From contig JBMNJT010000008.1 of assembly GCA_050951805.1 (NCBI GenBank), positions 492,998 to 556,997 on the forward strand: a stretch of 64,000 bases of DNA, in the 5' to 3' direction. Every line of letters begins with the position of its first letter. Positions within the stretch are counted from its first letter, which is position 1. A model generated the notes under the pieces. The model saw only the letters and a list, made by a program, of their open reading frames with translations, had not been told where the DNA came from and ran no database searches. The DNA comes from Bacillota bacterium (lineage in GTDB: Bacteria; Bacillota; DTU025). A program made the translations under genes and the position numbers. Positions 21,174 to 31,381 of this stretch are shown in pieces.

Positions 21174-21740
21174 TTGAAGAAATCAGGCAATGTTACCTTG
21201 GTTGTAGTTCTTGCGATCGTGGCCGTGCTCGGGATCGGATTTGTGAGCGTGTCAAACTCGATCGTCAGGGCGGAGGAAGAGGTAAACGCATCCTGGGCTG
21301 AAGTCCAAAATCAGCTTCAGCGTCGTTATGACCTTATTCCGAATCTTGTGGAAACGGTAAAAGGTTATGCTGCACATGAAGAAGAGGTATTTACGGCAAT
21401 AGCTGATGCCAGGGCGAAGCTGGGCGGAGCTCAGTCAGTCACAGAAACCGCTGAGGCTGTGAATGCCATGGAAGGGGCGCTTTCCAGGCTTCTTGTGGTG
21501 GTAGAGAACTACCCAGAGCTCAAAGCGGATGCTTCCTTCAGAGACCTCACATACGAGCTCGCCGGCACCGAAAACAGAATAGCCGTTGCTAGACAGCGGT
21601 ACAATACCTCCGTCCAGTCATACAACGTGAAAATCCGCACTTTCCCCAACTCGATAGTTGCAGGAATGCGCGGCGCTGTGCCCAAGGATATGTTCGAAGC
21701 CCAGGCTGGTGCGTCGGTTGCTCCAGAGGTCAAGTTCTAA
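21174..21740 (+). CDS. lemA: LemA family protein
   Basis: WAEVQNQLQRRYDLIPNLVETVKGYAAHE, ENYPELKA, GTENRIAVAR. Confidence 0.95.
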   Translation: MKKSGNVTLVVVLAIVAVLGIGFVSVSNSIVRAEEEVNASWAEVQNQLQRRYDLIPNLVETVKGYAAHEEEVFTAIADARAKLGGAQSVTETAEAVNAMEGALSRLLVVVENYPELKADASFRDLTYELAGTENRIAVARQRYNTSVQSYNVKIRTFPNSIVAGMRGAVPKDMFEAQAGASVAPEVKF

Positions 21741-21784
21741 AGATGTGCGGGGATGACCCAGACGGGAACAGATCGGAGCGAAGG

Positions 21785-22654
21785 ATGCAAATGACAACAC
21801 TGAGAAGGCTTACGGCGTGTAACAATGGATTCGGCCAATCGATGAACACATCCCAGGTGAGGCCATGGGCGGCAATTGTTTGCGTCTTTGCCATGATATT
21901 GGCTTGCTCCATTCCTGTGTGCGGGCAGCCAAAGGTTCCTGCAAAACCGGTGCCGCCTCGGCTCATGAATGACTTGGCTGGGATGCTTACGTCTTCGGAA
22001 GTGGATGATATCGAGGAGAGACTCGTGGCGCTGAACAGAGCCAACGGGGTGCAATTTGCAGTTGTTATCGTTCCAGATATGGGAGGCTACTCGATAGAAG
22101 AATACTCGGTTGAACTCTTTCAGAAATGGGGAATAGGAGAGGCAAAAGAGGACAACGGCCTGCTTTTGCTAATAGCAGAGGACGAGGGAAGGCTTAAGTT
22201 CGAGACAGGTTATGGCCTCGAAGGCGATCTGCCTGACTCGTTCTTGGGCCGCGTGATCGACGAGAACCTTGTTCCTCATTTTGTGGAAGGCGATCCCGCG
22301 GCAGGCATCGTGGAGGCAATCAACACGATCGCTCTCAGGCTTACTGGCGAAGAAATGGAACCTGCTGAGGAAGAGAGCAAAGGGCTTTCTCCTGATGCGC
22401 TGGCGGCGATAGTCTTCTTTGCCATTGTAATCGCATTTGTGATTGCGAAGTCCAGCGCACGCAAGAACCGCAGTAAGCGACCGCCCAGATCCGGTGGTGG
22501 CGTGTATCGGCCTCCTTCTACTCCTAGACCCTTCTCTGGTGGAGGATGGAAGGGACCGTCTGGAGGTTCTGGAGGTAGTTCCTCCGGAGGCGGATTCGGC
22601 GGGTTCGGAGGAGGCAAATCGGGCGGCGGAGGCGCCAGCGGGGGATGGAAATAG
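21785..22654 (+). CDS. TPM domain (YgcG-like) membrane protein
   Basis: WGIGEAKEDNGLLLLIA, ETGYGLEGDLPD, Gly-rich tail GGFGGGKSGGGGASGGW; usual LemA partner; start uncertain. Confidence 0.9.
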   Translation: MQMTTLRRLTACNNGFGQSMNTSQVRPWAAIVCVFAMILACSIPVCGQPKVPAKPVPPRLMNDLAGMLTSSEVDDIEERLVALNRANGVQFAVVIVPDMGGYSIEEYSVELFQKWGIGEAKEDNGLLLLIAEDEGRLKFETGYGLEGDLPDSFLGRVIDENLVPHFVEGDPAAGIVEAINTIALRLTGEEMEPAEEESKGLSPDALAAIVFFAIVIAFVIAKSSARKNRSKRPPRSGGGVYRPPSTPRPFSGGGWKGPSGGSGGSSSGGGFGGFGGGKSGGGGASGGWK

Positions 22655-22896
22655 CGCAACGGCGTCAAATAGCGCATTAGGGCTGACGTCTTCCCGCTAC
22701 TAGTTTGACGGGATCAACAAGGGCAGAGGTCGCCTCGAGCGCCAGAGCTGGTTCAACGGATAAAGTGTTCTCTTGCCTCGCACGCACTGATCGATTCGTT
22801 TCCGGCTACGAGCTCCAGATATCTGTAGCAGGTGTAGGCTGAGCGGCCTGCAATGCAAATGCCAAGGCCATCTAGAAGCCCGAGGGCCGCTCAGCG

Positions 22897-24201
22897 TTAT
22901 GTGGGCAGCCACCCTGTTCGATGCTTGTCTTGGACCAATTTCCGGTTGAACACGCCATCCATGCCGGCGGCCTTCACACGTTGGTTGATGCGCCGGACGT
23001 CAGTCGTATAGAGACCTGAGTCGTACATGCGCCTGAAGTAGACGCCTCCGGCAAAGGTGTACTTGTTCAAGAACCCCGTGGACGTTCGGAGAGATTGCTC
23101 TATGAAGGCTATCAAGTCTCCTATCGCCAGAGATTGGGGAATTACGAGAGATTCCTGCCCTACGCATGACCGCACAGCATTATTGCCGGCAAGTGACCCG
23201 GTGCAAAGAGCTTCGGTGTGTCCCACCAATAGGCCTACCTTCTCTCCGGCGCAGAAGAGGTTGTCGATGCCCTCCACTTTCATAGCCTGATCGTGAGGGG
23301 TTATGATGTTGTATCTTATAGAGTTGCCTCGTCCCCCTGCGTAGGGATCATGAAATACCGCGTGTTCGAACCCGGGGATTCTCCTGAGGCAATCGAGGGG
23401 GAAGAAGGGCGCCATAAGTTTTGCGTGCCCAGTGTCGAGGACGACCAGGTTGTCATAGAATTCTGGGAGCGAATACTGCTGGCACGCCTTCGATGCTGTC
23501 TTGTCCAGGCGTGCGATGTACCGCGGGACTGGGACCACGAGCACGCCGTTTTCCTCGAGGCTTCTTACTAGCCACACGGATAGCGACTTCTTTTCCAATT
23601 TGCAGGATCCACTCATGGCCTCGAAAAGGCTTCCTGAGATTTCGTTTGCCCCGGCTTTACCCGCAATGCTGACCCGTGGCCCGAAGGCAGGGCATCTGAG
23701 AATGCACATTACGCAATTGCCATTGACCCGGGCGCAGTTGCCCTGCGGTCCAGCTGTTCCTGTGGCATCCACGAATGCATCTGCTCCTATACGGCTTCCG
23801 TCCGCCAGAACCAGGTGTGCTATGCGTCTTCCGTTCATCTCGACGTCTGTGACGCGAGATTCAAGCATCACGTGTATCCCGAGGCTCTCCAAGCCCTCTC
23901 GAACGCGCGACTCTATCTTTGCTACATCATACAGGCTTGCATGTAGGTGGCCTGGAAAGTTGATTCTGCGATGCAGTGTAGCTTGGTCTATGATATCGAG
24001 GAGGTAGCCTCCTCCCATCGAGACAAGCTCGCGTGCGGCAGTGAATCGCCCGTTGTTGTTCATTATTCCGCCTACGAGGCCGGTCCCCAAAAGAAGATTG
24101 GTGCGTTCTATGAGCACCACGTCTGCGCCTGCCTGCGCTGCAGCGACTGCAGCTGCGCATCCCGCCCACCCGCCCCCTGCGACTGCCACCGTCACGCTCA
24201 T
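22897..24201 (-). CDS. FAD-dependent oxidoreductase (GidA-like N-terminus)
   Basis: VAGGGWAG dinucleotide-binding motif, GLVGGIM, DATGTAGP, CVMCILRCP, LFCAGEK, GHTEA. Confidence 0.8.
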   Translation of the reverse strand: MSVTVAVAGGGWAGCAAAVAAAQAGADVVLIERTNLLLGTGLVGGIMNNNGRFTAARELVSMGGGYLLDIIDQATLHRRINFPGHLHASLYDVAKIESRVREGLESLGIHVMLESRVTDVEMNGRRIAHLVLADGSRIGADAFVDATGTAGPQGNCARVNGNCVMCILRCPAFGPRVSIAGKAGANEISGSLFEAMSGSCKLEKKSLSVWLVRSLEENGVLVVPVPRYIARLDKTASKACQQYSLPEFYDNLVVLDTGHAKLMAPFFPLDCLRRIPGFEHAVFHDPYAGGRGNSIRYNIITPHDQAMKVEGIDNLFCAGEKVGLLVGHTEALCTGSLAGNNAVRSCVGQESLVIPQSLAIGDLIAFIEQSLRTSTGFLNKYTFAGGVYFRRMYDSGLYTTDVRRINQRVKAAGMDGVFNRKLVQDKHRTGWLPT

Positions 24202-24270
24202 CGTGATGCCTCCCCCCTTGAAAGCTTCCAATCGATGCGACTGTTGTCTTCGGAAATGGTCACAACATCC

Positions 24271-25182
24271 CTAATCGGGTTTGTTTTTAGCGAATTCTGC
24301 TGCGATGATCTCCGGGAGCACTTTCGAGATTATCTGCCCTGCTGTGACAGGCGCCACCTTTCCCGGAAGCCCGGGGGCGAGCTCTGCATGGATGCCCCTT
24401 TCGGAGGCGGCGATGAAGTCGACTCCTCCCGGGGAGGATGCCAGGTCTATGATGGCGGCAGTCCTTTTCATGGAATACACTAGGCTTCTGTCTAGAACAA
24501 GAGCGGGCACGGTATTGAAGGCGATATCTATCTGCGGAAGGCACGAAGGCAGGTCCGCGAAGCTGAGGGGCGAAAGCCCCATTTCGAAAGCGCGAGCCCG
24601 ATCCTCCGCCTTTCGGGCTGCCGCCCATACATGGGCTCCGAGGCCATGAAGCATGCGGGCAAGAGTCATTCCCGTACGCCCCAACCCGAGCACGAGGCAG
24701 TTGCTATTGTGGATGGTAAAGGGCGTGGCCTGCATGGCCATGAGAATGGCGCCCTCTGCAGACGGAATGGAATTGAGGATTGCGAGCTCGTCATTGGCTG
24801 TGGTTTCTATAGTCCGAATCCCCAGAGACTGACATTCTGCGGCCAGAAAGCGCGGCACGATTCCTGAAAACAGGATCGCGTTTGGACTCAAGACAAAGAG
24901 CAGTTCTCGTGTTATACAGATAGGACTGGATGTAACCCTTACATTGCCGTTGGAGTCTGTCCCTGAAAGCGGCAGCACAATAGCGTTTGCTCCGCGACAT
25001 GCCTCCTTGGCGTTTGCTGCCGCGATTGCTTCAGGATGCAGTCCGTCTTTTGGTACGCCATAACAGCTGACTCTTGCCCCTCGGTCTATGAGGGCGCATA
25101 CTAATTTCAGTTCGCGGCTATCCCCTCCTAGCAGACAGATATGGCGCCCGTGCAAGTTGGCCACGCAACCCACCTCCATCAC
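24271..25182 (-). CDS. dpaA: Dipicolinate synthase subunit A (SpoVFA)
   Basis: LGGDSRE, NSIPSAEGA, VLGLGRTG, FNTVPA, IDLASSPGGVDF, LAPGLPGKVAP. Confidence 0.9.
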   Translation of the reverse strand: MMEVGCVANLHGRHICLLGGDSRELKLVCALIDRGARVSCYGVPKDGLHPEAIAAANAKEACRGANAIVLPLSGTDSNGNVRVTSSPICITRELLFVLSPNAILFSGIVPRFLAAECQSLGIRTIETTANDELAILNSIPSAEGAILMAMQATPFTIHNSNCLVLGLGRTGMTLARMLHGLGAHVWAAARKAEDRARAFEMGLSPLSFADLPSCLPQIDIAFNTVPALVLDRSLVYSMKRTAAIIDLASSPGGVDFIAASERGIHAELAPGLPGKVAPVTAGQIISKVLPEIIAAEFAKNKPD

Positions 25183-25199
25183 ACACTTTCCCTCTACGC

Positions 25200-25228
25200 A
25201 AGTGTATGTCGCAAGTCTTGGTGACGTT
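25200..25228 (-). promoter_or_regulatory. Putative mother-cell (sigma-K/E-like) promoter of dpaA
   Basis: AACG-N16-CATACACTT upstream of the RBS; spoVF is sigma-K-controlled in B. subtilis. Confidence 0.4.
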
Positions 25229-25566
25229 ACAGGATGCTCGGAAAGGCCTGTGACCGCCGATCATGCTCTGATGTTGGCAATGGACTTTGGTTGAGTCAGC
25301 CCAAAACCCCTGTTCTCAGGGATTGGGAGAGTCAATCCGATTCAGTGTCCATCACAAGGATGTGCCACGAACGGTTTTCCACGGAGGACCTGGTCATCTC
25401 AGTTTTGGAAAATCAAAGTCCTGCCTAAGCAGGTCGCAAGAAGTGTTTTGGCCATTGTCGGGCGGACAAGGCTCAACTGTTAGCAGTGCGAATTGGGGGA
25501 TCACGCAAGAGTCTATCGAGATTTGTTCAGTGCTCAGTTTTGACATTGTAGTGCTGCATATTGCTT

Positions 25567-28068
25567 CTACACGTTCTTGCGCATCTCCGCCACTATCTCC
25601 TCCCTGGCGGCAGAGAGCATTCGTTCGGCTTCGGCGCCTGTGGAGCCCTCGGCATAGATCATAAAGGATGGATGCACAGGATCGGGCAGCACCATATACC
25701 ATGCATCTCCAAAAGATCTCCTATATCCATCGTACGTTTCCACAGTAGGATCGTCCAACTTGCTGAGGAGTTCTCTCATCGCCTGTCCCTTTAGCTCCCA
25801 GGGACAGGGCACAGTGTCGAAGAGAAGGTGATGTTCGGGAACGAGCTGCGCCAGTTGGGAGAGGGGAGCGGCATCTCGTGCCACCAGTTCTGTAAACTTT
25901 GCGGCGCCAAATATGGCGTCAAAGCCGTTGTGCAGGTTGGGAAAGATGAAGCCGCCAACCAGGTCGGATGATATGGACGACTTACTCGTGCGTGCTAGGT
26001 CGGCAAGGCTTCTTGCATTAGCCCTAGCCCGGTATACCGTTGCGCCATTGGCGGTAAGCGATTGTGTAAATACTGACGGCATATAGCTGGGCATGGCAAC
26101 GTTCCGTGAATCCCTCGAGCGCACTGTTAGAAGTGAGAAGAGATAGGCTAGCTCCATGTCGGTCAATACGCGTCCTGTGTCATCGGTTACCCACATCTTC
26201 GTTCCCTGCGGGTCTATGGCAATGCCCATGTCGGCATCGACCGTTTTGACTATTAGGGCAAGTTCATCGAGGGATTCTACGAATTGTTCGGCGGACTTTG
26301 GCATCTTAGTCTCCTGCTCAATGGCATTGAGCGATGTGACTTCCACGCCCATCCTAACCAACATCGATGGGAGGATACTTCCTCCAAAACCATAACCGCA
26401 GTCTACTACGAGTTTCATCCGGTTGGCTTTTGTCGTTTCCACGTCGATACGGGAGAGACAATCCTCGGTGTAGATATCGATTGCTCTGGGATAGTAGCCT
26501 ATGCCGCCCACTTCACGGGCGCTCGTGCGGCGAGGGTCTTCACGCGCCAACAAGGTTTCGAGCTTGCGCTCTGCTTCGCGCGACAGTGCCAGGCCTTCCG
26601 AATCGAACACATTGATATCCACCAGCTCGTAGTTTCTGTCTGAGGTCTGCATGTGTATTGCATAGGCAAAATCTCCGCGTTTGACCATGTGAGAAAGGAT
26701 AGGCGCCGGCACACCCTGCAAGTCGCATACTGTTACTCCTGAGCTCGATAGGCCGGCGGCAAGGGCGCGTTTCATCATCCTCGCTGTTCGGCTGGGATCA
26801 CGGCTTACTATGACGCTTTCACCCTTCTTCATCGTTCCCCCAATCGCGTTGCCCAGTCTCAGCGCGAATTCAGGAGCGAATTCGAAGTTGACCAGCCCGG
26901 ATATTTTGCCCGAATGGAATAGCTCGCGCCTCAGACGTTGCTCCCACACTACGCTCGATGACAGCACCACGCTCTCATCTATGCTCTTGCCGGGCCATAC
27001 TCGAATGCCGGGTTTTACTGTGACGCTGCGGTTTAGAATGGAATCGTCGGAGATTACTGCGCCTTCCCCAACGCGGACGCTATCTTTGAGCACCACATTC
27101 TTGCAGATTATGGAGCCCGACACGATCGAGTTTTCGCCTATGTAGGAGTTGCTAAAGACCGTCGACCTTACAACAAAGGAGTTGGGGGCCACGATTACGT
27201 TATCACCGATGACGGTGAATTCGCGCAGCCTTGCGCCAGGGGCTATTTCGCAGTTTTCCCCCAGAACCATGGGACCTTTGAGGTCGGCCCTGGAACTTAT
27301 TTTGGCGGATCGGCCCACCCAGATACCGGGTGTAATCTGCTCGCCCGGGATATTAAGCTTGACTTTGCCGGAAAGCGCGTCTACTTGGGCTTTGAGATAC
27401 ATGTCAATGTTGCCGACATCGCACCAGTAGCCGTCAGCCACGTATCCGAAGAGCGGTTGGCCCTCCCGGAGCAGAAGGGGGAAGAGATCACGCGAGAAGT
27501 CGAAGTCCACGCCTGGAGGGATGAAATCGAAGACTGCGGGTTCAAGTATGTAGATCCCTGTGTTGATTGTGTCGGAGAATACTTCAGCCCACCCCGGCTT
27601 TTCCAGGAAACGCTGTATGCGTCCATCTTTATCCGTTATGACCACACCGTATTCAAGAGGGTTATCGATGTGTGTGAGAAGAATCGTGGCGATGGCCCCG
27701 CGGCTTCTGTGAAATTCGTGCGCCCGTGTGAGATCGAAATCTGTCAGCAGATCGCCTGAAATGACGCAGAAGGTTTCATCGAAGTGTTCCTCGAGGTTTT
27801 TGACTCCGCCGGCGGTGCCTGGAAGTTTTTCTTCGACCTTGAACTTGAGGGACAGGCCTAGTGCAGATCCGTCACCGAAGTATGATTCTATCTGATCGGC
27901 AAGGTAGTAGAGGTTGGAATATACGTCGCGGACCCCGTGAGATTTCAACAGCAGGAGTATATGCTCCATGATCGGTCGATTCGCTATGGGGATCATAGGT
28001 TTCGGGCGTGTTGCCGTGACTGGTCTCAGTCGGGTACCTTCTCCGGCGCCAAGGAGCATGGCCTTCAT
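25567..28068 (-). CDS. Sugar-phosphate (mannose-1-P guanylyl) nucleotidyltransferase fused to a phosphohexomutase-like domain
   Basis: GAGEGTRLRP..PKP, GTAGG, ISGD, FLEKP, YWCDVG, hexapeptide repeats, then a PGM/PMM-like region. Confidence 0.88.
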   Translation of the reverse strand: MKAMLLGAGEGTRLRPVTATRPKPMIPIANRPIMEHILLLLKSHGVRDVYSNLYYLADQIESYFGDGSALGLSLKFKVEEKLPGTAGGVKNLEEHFDETFCVISGDLLTDFDLTRAHEFHRSRGAIATILLTHIDNPLEYGVVITDKDGRIQRFLEKPGWAEVFSDTINTGIYILEPAVFDFIPPGVDFDFSRDLFPLLLREGQPLFGYVADGYWCDVGNIDMYLKAQVDALSGKVKLNIPGEQITPGIWVGRSAKISSRADLKGPMVLGENCEIAPGARLREFTVIGDNVIVAPNSFVVRSTVFSNSYIGENSIVSGSIICKNVVLKDSVRVGEGAVISDDSILNRSVTVKPGIRVWPGKSIDESVVLSSSVVWEQRLRRELFHSGKISGLVNFEFAPEFALRLGNAIGGTMKKGESVIVSRDPSRTARMMKRALAAGLSSSGVTVCDLQGVPAPILSHMVKRGDFAYAIHMQTSDRNYELVDINVFDSEGLALSREAERKLETLLAREDPRRTSAREVGGIGYYPRAIDIYTEDCLSRIDVETTKANRMKLVVDCGYGFGGSILPSMLVRMGVEVTSLNAIEQETKMPKSAEQFVESLDELALIVKTVDADMGIAIDPQGTKMWVTDDTGRVLTDMELAYLFSLLTVRSRDSRNVAMPSYMPSVFTQSLTANGATVYRARANARSLADLARTSKSSISSDLVGGFIFPNLHNGFDAIFGAAKFTELVARDAAPLSQLAQLVPEHHLLFDTVPCPWELKGQAMRELLSKLDDPTVETYDGYRRSFGDAWYMVLPDPVHPSFMIYAEGSTGAEAERMLSAAREEIVAEMRKNV

Positions 28069-28627
28069 AACCCCACCCCCGTATTGATATGATAATGCTG
28101 CCTTTTTGCTCCATACTTGGCAGCTCGATTGATCAATAATGGGTTTCGACGAGGACGAGCGAAGTCCTTCAGACACGACTGATGGGTTTGCGGTAGGGGG
28201 ATTTGCACAGAAACTGAGCAGAATTCGGTCAGCGGCTCCTGCAGCCAGGTAGTTGGGTTTCGATTGGCGGTCGGCTTACGGCAGTTCTCTAACGAATGCC
28301 ATTTGGGAATTTCAAGCTCCATCGTTATCGACTTTTACAAACTTTCGCCACTGAAACTATACTGAAACGAGCATTTCGGCATTGAAGAAGAAAGCGATGA
28401 ATTACTGTGAACTGCAATCGCCACGCGTGTCCCCAGAGGCTCGGACTATTGGCTCAACACCAAATGCCCGGGGTGAACCGAATTCAGTATGGATTTTGCG
28501 GCTCCAATCGGCTAGTGTTTGTAGTAGGTCGTGCTGATGCGCTCGATAGAAGGTATAATGAGCGCTTTCGTAGAAAAAGAAGCAGTTAGGCAATGGGAAA
28601 AGGCGCGATATGAGAGGAGGCGCCGGA

Positions 28628-29416
28628 ATGCGGGATGTACAGAACTTTCCGGATTTACGGGGCATCAACATACAGAAGGTTGGTGTAAAGGATGTGCATC
28701 TGCCTCTGCAGATCGCTGCGAGAGAGGGCGGCTGCCAGTCGGTGCTGGGAATTGTGTCGTTATCTGTGGCACTTCCAATGCAGTTTAAGGGGACTCACAT
28801 GAGCAGATTCATGGAAGTCCTTTTGCCGTGGAGCAGGAAACCCATATCAAATGTGGAGATACTCGCTATCCTCAAGGAGACGTGCGAGGCCCTTTCAGCG
28901 CAACGGGCGGACATATCCATAAGGTTCAAGTATTTTGTTCCAAGGATTGCGCCAGTCAGTGGCAAAGAGAGCATCCTCGATTACAACTGCAGTTTTGAGG
29001 GAACTTTGGACGGCAAACGCCACTCGTTTGCTATGGGCGTCGAGGTTCCGGTCACATCATGTTGCCCATGCAGCAAGGAGATTTCCGAATACGGCGCCCA
29101 CAACCAGCGTGCAATGATTCGGGCTCGGGTGAAGTTTAGTTCTGCCGGGTTTCTGTGGCTTGAGGACTTGATCGAGCTTCTAGAGTCGGAGGGAAGCTGT
29201 GAGATTTACCCCCTCCTGAAGCGCGAGGATGAGAAATACGTGACTGAGGCTGCCTATGACAACCCCAAATTCGTGGAGGACATACTTCGGGATGTTGTTA
29301 TACGGCTGCGGAATGAGCCGCGAGTGAGATGGTTCGAGGTAGAGTGCGAAAGCATGGAGTCGATCCATAACCATTCGGCATTTGCGTGTCACGTCGAAGA
29401 CAAGAGGATGGTGTAG
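28628..29416 (+). CDS. folE2: GTP cyclohydrolase I type IB
   Basis: KGTHMSRF, TSCCPCSKEIS, GAHNQR, LKREDEK, NPKFVED, ESIHNHSA. Confidence 0.95.
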   Translation: MRDVQNFPDLRGINIQKVGVKDVHLPLQIAAREGGCQSVLGIVSLSVALPMQFKGTHMSRFMEVLLPWSRKPISNVEILAILKETCEALSAQRADISIRFKYFVPRIAPVSGKESILDYNCSFEGTLDGKRHSFAMGVEVPVTSCCPCSKEISEYGAHNQRAMIRARVKFSSAGFLWLEDLIELLESEGSCEIYPLLKREDEKYVTEAAYDNPKFVEDILRDVVIRLRNEPRVRWFEVECESMESIHNHSAFACHVEDKRMV

Positions 29417-31381
29417 GTGTCGGTTCTTGAAATAGATTCCTTGAAGAAATCTTTTGGTGCTTCTCCCATATTCGAAGATGTCTGCCTGTCTGTCGCCGAA
29501 GGCGATCGCATTGGCCTTGTTGGACGGAACGGGAGCGGCAAGAGCACGCTTCTGAAGATCATCGCCGGAATCGAGGATTACGATTCGGGCTCTGTGGCTC
29601 TTGCTTCCGGCTGCGAGGTGGGGTACCTCGCTCAAGGTAAAGAATACACATCAGGAAACAGCCTTTATGAAGAGATGAAAAGGGCCTTTGCGAAGACGTT
29701 CGAGATAGGGGCCGCGATGCGGGAGCTGGAAAGCCGGATGTCCGATCCCGAGATTATTGCGTCAGAGCGCGAGCTTGACAGGGTAATGCGACGGTACTCC
29801 CGGCTCACTGCCGATTACGAGCTTCTTGGAGGCTATGATTATGATGTTCGCATCAAGTCTACCCTTTTCGGGTTGGGGTTTGTCGAAGAGGACCTTGAGA
29901 GAATCATCGACACTCTCAGTGGAGGCCAGAAGGTGCGCGTGGCTCTTGCGCGCATGCTGGTTTCTGCGCCCAACTTGCTTCTGCTCGATGAACCCACGAA
30001 CCACTTGGATGTGAATGCATGTGAATGGCTTGAGGATTACCTTGCGGCCTTTAATGGCGCTTTCATAGTAATCTCCCATGATAGGTACTTTCTCGATGCC
30101 ACGGTGGATCGCATATGGGATATAGATGATCTGAAGGTTGTGGAATATCCGGGGAATTACACATTCTTCGCGGCTGAGAAGGAGCTAGCGCGGCAGAGGC
30201 AGGCCCAGGAGTACCAGCGGCAACAGGAGACGATACAGAAGCTGGAGGCGTACATTAGGCGGTACAAGGCGGGAAACCGCAGCACAATGGCGCAAAGTCG
30301 CGAGAAGATGCTTGCCAGAATAGAACGCATCCAGAAGCCCAGGGAAGATTCACAAATGAAACTGTCGTTTGGCAAGGCGGCGCGCTCCGGCCGTTTGGCT
30401 GTTTCTGTTAGCGGTGTATCGAAGAGTTATGGAGATAAGACACTTTTTGAAGCTGTAGATCTTGCAGTGGAACGCGGGGAGAGGTTGGGTGTTGTTGGAC
30501 CTAATGGCTCTGGGAAGACGACATTTCTGCGAATAATCGCAGATGATCTGGCTCCTGATTCCGGCTCAGTGGACTTTGGCGAAAACGTGACTTTGGGCAT
30601 ATTCTGGCAAGACCTTGCAGGCCTCGATGATACACTGACTGTCCTTGACGAACTGTACCGCGCCCGAGATTGGACATTAGGTGAGGCCAGGAGTTACGCA
30701 GCGCGCTTCCTTTTTCGAGGGGAGGACGTGTTCAAGCCCGTGAAGGCACTTTCGGGCGGGGAACGCAATCGCCTTATCCTTGCCAAGCTTATCTTGAATG
30801 GGCCTAATCTGTTGTTGCTCGACGAACCCACTAACCACCTCGACATAGAGTCACGCCACGCATTGGAAGAGGCTATTGCCGAATTCGATGGGACTGTGAT
30901 ATGTGCAAGCCATGATAGATACTTCCTTGACCAGACAGCTACTTCCATACTTGAGATAGCTGATGGCCGCTGGAAGTTGTATAACGGCAACTATAGCTAC
31001 TACCGTGAGAAAAAGACCCGAGACGAGGCAGAAGCCGCCCGTGTTGCTGCAGAAAATGCCGAGGCTGCGCTGGAGGCGAGGTTGAAGGCTTCGGGAGTGG
31101 CGCCAATGCGTGCCAAGGCACGGGCAGGCGCTTCAGGACGTGATGGAGTCGGTCACGCTCAGGCTGTTGTGGAGGCCATTGAGGCTGAGATCGAACTCAA
31201 GGAGACACAGGTTGGCAAGGTCGAAGCGGAGCTTGCTTCAGAGGAGTTGTATGTCGACGGCGAGCGTGCGCGGGAGGCAGTGCTGATCCATCGGCAGCTC
31301 ACGGAGGAGCTTGAGGCTTTGTACGAGGCATGGGAAAAGGCATTGGACGAAGTTGATGTGACTGGGGGATGTGAGGATTGA
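29417..31381 (+). CDS. ABC-F family ATP-binding protein
   Basis: Two ABC cassettes (GRNGSGKST, LSGGQK, LDEPTNHLD, GPNGSGKTT, LSGGER), no TM segments, C-terminal coiled coil. Confidence 0.92.
   Translation: MSVLEIDSLKKSFGASPIFEDVCLSVAEGDRIGLVGRNGSGKSTLLKIIAGIEDYDSGSVALASGCEVGYLAQGKEYTSGNSLYEEMKRAFAKTFEIGAAMRELESRMSDPEIIASERELDRVMRRYSRLTADYELLGGYDYDVRIKSTLFGLGFVEEDLERIIDTLSGGQKVRVALARMLVSAPNLLLLDEPTNHLDVNACEWLEDYLAAFNGAFIVISHDRYFLDATVDRIWDIDDLKVVEYPGNYTFFAAEKELARQRQAQEYQRQQETIQKLEAYIRRYKAGNRSTMAQSREKMLARIERIQKPREDSQMKLSFGKAARSGRLAVSVSGVSKSYGDKTLFEAVDLAVERGERLGVVGPNGSGKTTFLRIIADDLAPDSGSVDFGENVTLGIFWQDLAGLDDTLTVLDELYRARDWTLGEARSYAARFLFRGEDVFKPVKALSGGERNRLILAKLILNGPNLLLLDEPTNHLDIESRHALEEAIAEFDGTVICASHDRYFLDQTATSILEIADGRWKLYNGNYSYYREKKTRDEAEAARVAAENAEAALEARLKASGVAPMRAKARAGASGRDGVGHAQAVVEAIEAEIELKETQVGKVEAELASEELYVDGERAREAVLIHRQLTEELEALYEAWEKALDEVDVTGGCED

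Noticed and set aside
22480-22654. Low-complexity GGN repeats
   Set aside because: Normal Gly-rich tail of TPM/YgcG proteins.
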